NCBI RefSeq assembly: GCF_006345805.1
Contig: NC_043005.1
Span: 48,422,001-48,486,000, forward strand
DNA from: Octopus sinensis
Taxonomy: Eukaryota
DNA: 64,000 nt
Reading direction: 5' to 3'
The position numbers and the translations under genes were made by a program. Under the pieces are notes generated by a model, which saw nothing but the letters and a program-made list of their open reading frames with translations, made no database searches and had not been told where the DNA came from. Below are positions 60,734-64,000 of this stretch, piece after piece; the first letter of the stretch is position 1; each line of letters opens with the position of its first letter.

Positions 60734-61119
60734 GTGGAGGCGCAATGACCCAGGGGTTAGGGTAGCGGACTCGCGGTCATAGGATCGTGGTTTCGATTCC
60801 CAGACCGGGCGTTGTGAGTGTTTATTGAGCGAAAACACCTAAAGCTCCACGAGGCTCCGGCAGGGGATGGTGGTGATCCCTGCTGTACTCTTTCACCACA
60901 ACTTTCTCTCACTCTTACTTCCTGTTTCTGTTGTACCTGTATTTCAAAGGGCCGGCCTTGTCACTCTCTGTGTCACGCTGAATATCTCCGAGAACTACGT
61001 TAAGGGTACACGTGTCTGTGGAGTGCTCAGCCACTTACACGTTAATTTCACGAGCAGGCTGTTCCGTTGATTCGGATCAACTGGAACCCTCGTCGTCGTA
61101 ACCGACGGAGTGCTTCTTC
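60734..61119 (+). mobile_element. SINE-D (tRNA-Arg-like head), tail variant 1, full length with 11-bp TSD
   Basis: A box, anticodon-like GACTCGCGGTC and B box GGTTTCGATTCCC. TSD AAACGTATTTA at 60723-60733 and 61120-61130. Confidence 0.92.
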
Positions 61120-61271
61120 AAACGTATTTATTAGTTATTGGAGATAATGTCCATCTTCGTATAATACTGACAGAGATATTTAGTATATGTGGTTGTTACA
61201 TAGATATTTAGTGCGTTAATTATACAGTTTAGTGTGATAGCTACACACATATATATATATATATATATTTT

Positions 61272-61431
61272 TTCCCTCTGTCTTCCCTTCTCGGGATCTT
61301 TCCTTCTCCTTGTTTCCGACGAAGAGCGCCGCTCAAAACGTTAAACCCTCCTTCCCTTAGCGTCAAATAATACTTTAACTGTTCCACGTCCTCGCGTTGC
61401 TGTGTTTTTTTCTGTGTTTTCTTGTTTGGAT

Positions 61432-61435
<4 letters not shown>
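61272..61435 (+). mobile_element. Second copy of the hammerhead-carrying repeat, between (TA)n arrays
   Basis: Homologous to 7180-7365 (minus). (TA)n lies on both sides. Confidence 0.7.
61312..61346 (+). ncRNA. Degenerate minimal hammerhead ribozyme motif (U4C and G12A lesions)
   Basis: GUUU CCGACGA A GAGC GCC GCUC AAAA CGU U AAAC has the same 35-nt geometry as 7280-7314. Confidence 0.65.
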
Positions 61436-61510
<75 letters not shown>

Positions 61511-61519
61511 TATATATAT

Positions 61520-61561
<42 letters not shown>

Positions 61562-61627
61562 ATAAATATATATATAATATATATATATATAATATAATAT
61601 ATAAATATATATATAAATATATATATA

Positions 61628-61717
<90 letters not shown>
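61436..61717. repeat. Long (TA)n-rich array
   Basis: Direct reading. Confidence 0.97.
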
Positions 61718-61718
<1 letters not shown>

Positions 61719-62029
61719 CAGCGAGATAGATACGCAGCTGTTATTTAGTACAATACAAAATTTATATACTCAATAAGAAACACACAGATATATCATAATG
61801 CGCGTTAGTTACATAGATAGTATGGTAGTTATATAGATATTCACAGCGATCCTTACAATTGCTTATGAATAGCCATGTTTCTTCCTTTGTAAAATATGTG
61901 TAACGCTAATCAGAGTAAGTATCGGCTAACTCGAATGAATGGAACCTTTTTACCGACTTGAAAGAATATCTCTGTAACTGTATCAGTAATATTTATGTGA
62001 CTATCATGCATAATATTACCTATGTACAT

Positions 62030-62445
62030 AAGACGGCGAGCTGGCAGAAACGTTAGCACGCCGGGCAAAATGCTTAGCGATATTTCGTGTCTTTACGTTC
62101 TGAGTTCAAATTCCGCCGAGGTCGACTGCGCCTTTCATCCTTTTAGGGGTCGATAAATCAAGTACCAGTTGCGTACTGGGGTCGATCTAATCGACTGGCA
62201 CCCCACTCCCCAAATTTCTAGCCTTGTACCTAGATTAGAAAAGAATATCATCTAAGTAGCTAAAGGCGGTGAACCGACAGAATCGTTAGCACGCCGGGGT
62301 AATGCCTAGCGGCATTTCTTCTGCCTTTACGTTTTGAGATTCTCCTAGAATTGTCTTTGCTTTTTGTTCTTTCGGAATCGATAAAAAAAGTACCAGTTGA
62401 ACACTAACGCCGATGTAATCGACTTATCTCCCCAAAATTTGAAAC
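62030..62445 (+). mobile_element. Two head-to-tail SINE-A copies
   Basis: Heads at about 62031 and 62262. The second is flanked by TAT(C/T)ATCTA(A/T)GTAGCTA on both sides. Confidence 0.85.
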
Positions 62446-62511
62446 CAGTATTATCTATGTAGCTATCACGCTAAATAATTATATAGCCATCACAATAATA
62501 TATATACATAT

Positions 62512-62705
62512 TCTTATTTTTTTACTTGTTTCAGTCATTTGACTACATGCTGGAGTACTGCCTTTAGACGAACAAATCGCCCCCTGGACGTATTCTTTGT
62601 AAACGTAGTACTTATTCTATTGGTCTCTTTTGCCGAACCGCTAGATTGTGGAGACGTAAACACACCAACATCGGTGGGGGTACAAACACACACACACACA
62701 CACAG

Positions 62706-62747
<42 letters not shown>

Positions 62748-62902
62748 GACGACGAGCTTCTTTCAGTTTCCCTCTACCAAATCCACTCACAGGCTTCGGT
62801 CGGCCCGAGGCTTTAGTAGAAGACATTTGCCCAAGGTGCCACGCAGTGGGACTGAACCCGGAATCATGTGGTTGGGAAGCAAGCTTCTTTCCACACAGCC
62901 AC
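62512..62902 (-). mobile_element. SINE-B
   Basis: Reverse complement of the 49438 copy, including the internal CA/TA array. Confidence 0.88.
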
Positions 62903-62904
62903 TC

Positions 62905-63001
62905 ATCACACTAAATAATATCTATGTACCCATTACATTAAACAATATCTACGTATCTATAGCATTAAATAATATCAATGTAAGTAAATAATATCTACGT
63001 A
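62905..63001. repeat. Degenerate 27-bp minisatellite (TAAATAATATCTAYGTA...)
   Basis: Three to four units, visible as the repeated peptide ITLNNIYVP/ITLNNIYVS/IALNNINVS in the ORF track. Confidence 0.8.
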
Positions 63002-63102
63002 TTCTGTTGTGTCTGGGGAGAGTCATTTTCTTTTTGTACCGGTGAGTGTGTCACATTATAAGGCACAAAAAGAAAATGACTCTCCCAAGACACAACGGAA
63101 TA
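63000..63102. mobile_element. Hairpin-like MITE remnant (41-bp inverted arms, 21-nt spacer)
   Basis: 63000-63040 pairs with 63062-63102 with 3 mismatches. Confidence 0.75.
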
Positions 63103-63609
63103 TGCTTCAACTCACGAACTCATATAAAGGATCTTGCAAACCAAATCCAAAAACGAAATATCTACGTATCTGTCACTGTAAATAGCTACTCGCAGCACCC
63201 GTAGAAATTCCATAATCCTTTTTTGTGTCACAGTGTCACCAACTCCCCTGTTAGGAATTTTAACCTCTCATTTCCTTCATAATATTTTAATGAGTTTCTT
63301 GTTTACTTAAAAATACTGCAGAAACTTAGCAAATAAATATATTGTTTTATAATAATTGAAATAAGGCTTGAACTGCAATAATTAAATAGCCTTTATTGGC
63401 AAGAAAGACGATTCTAGCGGATATTTTATTTTTGATATTTTTCTCTTTTTATTATACAGTGCTAGTCAAAATAGATAAATGTACGTACGCGGGCACTCAT
63501 AATAGCAAACGCACAACTACACATTCAAGGAACTTTTGGTTATTATATTAGTTGTGGTGTAGACAACAGTGGTCGTAGAAGAGGAAGTGATACATTGGTG
63601 ATGATAATA

Positions 63610-64000
63610 TATATTTCTTTACTACTCACAAGGGGCCAAACAAGGACAGATAAACGGATTAACCCGATTATATAGGATCTCAGTGCGTAATTGGTACTTA
63701 ATTAATCGACCTCGAAAGGATGAAAGGCAAAGTCGACCTCAGCGGAATTGGAACTCAGAACGTAACAGCAGACGAAATACGGCTACGCATTTCGCCCGGC
63801 GTGCTAACGTTTCTTATTTCTTTACTACCCACAAGGGGCTAAACACACAGAGAGGACAAACAAGGACAGACAAACATAATAAGTCGATTACATCGACCCC
63901 AGTGCGTAATTGGTACTTAATTTATCGACCCCGAAAGGATGAAAGGCAAAGTCGACCTCGGCGGAATTTGAACTCAGAACGTAACGGCAGACGAAATACG
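63610..64000 (-). mobile_element. SINE-A dimer running off the window end
   Basis: Junction GTAGTAAAGAAATA|AGAAACGTTAGCACGCC (minus sense) at 63814/63815. Confidence 0.88.

Overview
This is AT-rich, repeat-saturated animal genomic DNA. The SINE, microsatellite and TE landscape points to an octopus or other coleoid cephalopod (inferred, no database search run). I recognise no intact host gene. Nearly all ORF-track entries are microsatellite or antisense artefacts. Supported content: (1) about 35 copies of one tRNA-headed SINE (called SINE-A here) plus three other tRNA-headed SINE types (B, C, D), several with clean target-site duplications (TSDs); (2) decayed LINEs (R4/Dong-like, CR1/L2-group), a mariner DD34D fragment, a DD41D Tc1/mariner-type remnant, a Chapaev3-like remnant, a hAT MITE and a Gypsy integrase remnant; (3) foldback hairpins and dense simple repeats; (4) a few weak minus-strand exon candidates. 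Two observations stand out. One is an intact minimal type I hammerhead ribozyme motif (7280-7314, minus) in a short non-coding repeat, with a second copy at 61312-61346 showing a compensatory stem change. The other is a SINE that appears to insert into older copies of itself, building concatemers with a 184-bp period. Coordinates were counted by hand. Motifs, TSDs and exon edges were indexed base by base, while the edges of decayed repeats are approximate (about 10-30 bp).
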